Virus record (IMG/VR): IMGVR_UViG_2690316276_000007
Direction: 5' to 3' (one strand)
Origin: a virus
Lineage: Duplodnaviria; Heunggongvirae; Uroviricota; Caudoviricetes
Length of the DNA stretch: 8,558 nucleotides
Shown: positions 1-8,558 of the stretch, one piece after another
How positions within the stretch are numbered: the stretch's first letter is position 1
How the letters are laid out: each line of letters opens with the position of its first letter
The notes under the pieces: model-generated
Databases searched by the model: none
Told to the model about the DNA's origin: nothing
The model's input: the letters and a program-made list of their open reading frames with translations, nothing else
Position numbers and translations under genes: made by a program

Positions 1-32
1 CTGGTTGTCTGGAGATTCAGGGGGCCAGTCTA
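1..32 (-). mobile_element. IS2 (IS3 family) terminal end, left inverted-repeat terminus only; the element body lies upstream of the window
   Basis: Reverse complement of 1-32 reads TAGACTGGCCCCCTGAATCTCCAGACAACCAG, matching the IS2 left end as I recall it at 31 of 32 positions. The segment is GC-rich against the AT-rich phage DNA that starts at 33. Confidence 0.75.
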
Positions 33-33
33 G

Positions 34-5375
<5,342 letters not shown>

Positions 5376-5388
5376 TAAGGATTAGATA

Positions 5389-5712
5389 ATGAGAGTATTT
5401 AAAGATACGCAGTGTGATGCGTTTCTAAATGCTTTCGGTCAGTCTATCCAAACTTGTACGGGAAGTACTTTTACAGGAATAGTAGAAGTACTTCCCGTTT
5501 CTATTGAGGCGGCAGGTGGATTTATCGAAAGCGTGGAAACATACCTAACAATCAGAAAGGACGATCTAATAACCGCAAACGTGGCAATTGGTACAGTACT
5601 AATCATTGATGGTGTAAACCAGACAATCTATAACATTGAAGATGATCTATCAGGTATGGTTAATTGCTATTTCCGTACTTCTGCTGGTGCTTCATTTGCA
5701 GAGGACTACTAA
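5389..5712 (+). CDS. Head-tail joining / tail attachment protein (lambda gpFII-like)
   Basis: AAGGA 7 nt before the ATG. Pattern GIVEV...GG.IE...L.I..DDL...IG.VL.IDG...IYNIEDD resembles lambda gpFII (GVFDD...RGDTLTIGEENFWVDRVSPDD). Synteny directly after the capsid gene. Confidence 0.55.
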   Translation: MRVFKDTQCDAFLNAFGQSIQTCTGSTFTGIVEVLPVSIEAAGGFIESVETYLTIRKDDLITANVAIGTVLIIDGVNQTIYNIEDDLSGMVNCYFRTSAGASFAEDY

Positions 5713-5713
5713 T

Positions 5714-6106
5714 ATGATGTTAGTACAAAAAGTACGGAATACGATGAAGCAGCTTATCAATGCTACTAAGAATCTGACAGTATCACGTGATGTTGATGTA
5801 TTTGAACAAATTGCTTTTGATTACTCATTAACGAGTTTAAGTTTCAGCAATGAACGCCGGGCAGGTAACTTTGCAATTCAGTATCTGATTTCCCCTAAAC
5901 CAGAATCAGGTAATACAGCCCCATCCATCACTTATGATCAGATTATTAGTACTTTTGATAAAGAGAAAACTTCAGCATTCAGTGATGCAGGTTTAATAAT
6001 GCTTTCGTGTTCTTATGAACAATCCGATATTGTCACAGATCCTATAACTGGCTCGGTTTCCCTATCCTTTACGATAAATATTCAAGTTACGGAAAAGACA
6101 AGATAA
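5714..6106 (+). CDS. Putative tail terminator (weakly lambda gpU-like), 130 aa
   Basis: GAGGA at 5701-5705 lies 8 nt before ATG 5714, 2 nt after the previous stop. Length and weak pattern (R near residue 8, VFE/VFD near residue 30) resemble lambda gpU (131 aa). The ORF-track start at 5636 overlaps the upstream gene and was trimmed. Confidence 0.45.
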   Translation: MMLVQKVRNTMKQLINATKNLTVSRDVDVFEQIAFDYSLTSLSFSNERRAGNFAIQYLISPKPESGNTAPSITYDQIISTFDKEKTSAFSDAGLIMLSCSYEQSDIVTDPITGSVSLSFTINIQVTEKTR

Positions 6107-6123
6107 CTAAAAGGATATAAAGG

Positions 6124-7332
6124 ATGAGTGATATTTTCTCAGGAAGAGAATTATCAGTACAGTATAATGCTGATATTGGTAACAGAACACCACAGGGAGC
6201 AGGCAATGTAGTAATTAAACAGATTAATACTTTTCCAACCTTAACAATAAATTCAGAAGCAAATAATTTTGAAACGTATGATAGTGATTACAGGACAGTA
6301 CTACTATCTGATAAATCAGTAGCACCATTTGATATTGTAGTTAACTACCTACCTGATGATCCTACACATCAATTCTTGGATAATGCCGCTAAGTCTCAGC
6401 AGCTTTTCCAGATCATCATTCAGTACCAGATGAATAAGGATGAAAATACCATTACTTATGCGATGGTGAATGGTTATATCACCTCTTATAAGTTGGACGG
6501 TGATAAAGGTTCAGTAGTAACCAAGGCATACAGTTTTGCCCCACATGATGTGATCGCACGTGCAATGACCATTAACGCACTATCGCCAATCTATCAGGGG
6601 GACTACGGTTTAGGTTCGAACACTACGGATGTACCTCAGTACTCACCATCAGTACCTACGGGTAACAGCTTCATCAAAGTACCATCATCTCAAGCAGGCA
6701 ATCCTGCCGGGGCGGATCTGATGGGAGTAGGGCTTGTAGATGGCACTACTGTAAGTTCTCTTGCGATGACAAAGACGGGTACTCTAAGTATCTATGCAAA
6801 GAACGCTACAACCGCCTGGACACGCATATATACCGCTACACAGATGGACGGGCGATACGTACCCCTTACACGTACCATCAACGGCCATGCACTCACGGCC
6901 AATTTAGTACTGAACAGTGAAGATACAGGTTCAGTACCTGATACACGTACTGTGAATGGTAAGCCTCTAAGTGAGGATGTAGTACTTACCAGTACTGATA
7001 CCGGCTCTGTACCAGATACACGGACAGTTAATGGTCATGTACTCAGTGAAGATATAGTACTGAGTAGTGAAGATACAGGTTCAGTACCTGACACGCGTAC
7101 AGTGAACGGTCATGTACTTAGTGAAAATGTAGTACTGAGTAGTGAAGATACAGGTTCAGTACCTGATACACGTATGGTCAACGGTCATGTACTCAGTGAG
7201 GATGTAGTACTTACCAGTACTGATGTTGGCTTAGGGAAGGTTACAGATGATGCCCAGCTTACGATAGCAGGTAATCTAAGTGATCTGGGGGACGTGGAAG
7301 AAGCACGTATTAACCTTGAAGTGGCACACTGA
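6124..7332 (+). CDS. Major tail tube protein-like (lambda gpV-like N-domain) with C-terminal tandem fibre-like repeats; 3' end interrupted by IS911, which supplies the last codons and the stop
   Basis: AAGGA 8 nt before the ATG. N-terminal ETYDSDY...QLFQIIIQYQ resembles the gpV tube domain (ESYDDSY...ALLAWF). Five 25-aa repeats at 6868-7242. The terminal codons (gaa gtg gca cac tga) lie inside the IS911 left end. Confidence 0.7.
   Translation: MSDIFSGRELSVQYNADIGNRTPQGAGNVVIKQINTFPTLTINSEANNFETYDSDYRTVLLSDKSVAPFDIVVNYLPDDPTHQFLDNAAKSQQLFQIIIQYQMNKDENTITYAMVNGYITSYKLDGDKGSVVTKAYSFAPHDVIARAMTINALSPIYQGDYGLGSNTTDVPQYSPSVPTGNSFIKVPSSQAGNPAGADLMGVGLVDGTTVSSLAMTKTGTLSIYAKNATTAWTRIYTATQMDGRYVPLTRTINGHALTANLVLNSEDTGSVPDTRTVNGKPLSEDVVLTSTDTGSVPDTRTVNGHVLSEDIVLSSEDTGSVPDTRTVNGHVLSENVVLSSEDTGSVPDTRMVNGHVLSEDVVLTSTDVGLGKVTDDAQLTIAGNLSDLGDVEEARINLEVAH
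6868..7242 (+). repeat. Tandem in-frame 75-bp repeats x5 (25-aa units, consensus TRTVNGHVLSEDVVL(S/T)S(E/T)DTGSVPD) inside the tail gene
   Basis: Units start at 6868, 6943, 7018, 7093 and 7168. Protein sequence is conserved with synonymous DNA differences between units; the fifth unit diverges at its 3' end. Confidence 0.9.
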
Positions 7333-7352
7333 ATTTGGCCACCTGAACAGAG
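7317..7352 (+). repeat. IS911 left terminal inverted repeat (IRL, about 36 bp)
   Basis: TGAAGTGG...GGCCACC...AGAG aligns imperfectly with the reverse complement of the right end visible at 8530-8558 (shared GGCCACC core and AGAG). Confidence 0.8.
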
Positions 7353-7388
7353 GTGATATGCTCACCTCAGAACAACACAGGTGCTCCA

Positions 7389-8558
<1,170 letters not shown>

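Noticed and set aside
31-33. In-frame TAG in the terminase frame as evidence of amber stop-codon reassignment
   Set aside because: The TAG is created by the IS2 terminus (ta) joined to the phage base g. Every other gene here ends in TAA and none contains an internal TAG.
5636-5713. N-terminal extension of the 156-aa ORF beginning at 5636
   Set aside because: It overlaps the 3' end of the upstream gene by 77 nt. The ATG at 5714 has a GAGGA ribosome-binding site at the right spacing and lies 2 nt after the upstream stop, so the gene is called from 5714.
6868-7242. Tandem repeats as a CRISPR array or a diversity-generating retroelement target
   Set aside because: The repeats are contiguous in-frame 75-bp coding units with no spacers and no leader. 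There is no reverse transcriptase or template repeat in the window. They are protein repeats.
7353-7388. N-terminal extension of orfA ([12 protein letters not shown]...)
   Set aside because: It lies within or next to the IS911 left inverted repeat; the recognisable OrfA protein begins at the ATG at 7389.

Overview
This window is an AT-rich, lambda-like prophage head/tail structural module, all on the + strand, cut at both ends by two different IS3-family insertion sequences. Gene order: terminase large subunit (lambda gpA family, 5'-truncated), a gpW-like ORF, portal (lambda gpB family), an HK97-type prohead protease/scaffold-like linker/major capsid fusion, a gpFII-like head-tail joining protein, a gpU-like candidate tail terminator, and a gpV-like tail tube protein carrying five tandem 25-aa fibre-like repeats. 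Positions 1-32 are the reverse complement of the IS2 left terminus, and an IS911-like element runs from 7317 to the window end, interrupting the tail gene. The picture is a cryptic, probably defective prophage remnant in an E. coli/Shigella-type host; no novel defence or other system is evident. Homology calls come from by-eye alignment to remembered lambda, HK97 and IS sequences; motif counts are manual and approximate. No tRNA, rRNA or CRISPR array was seen.
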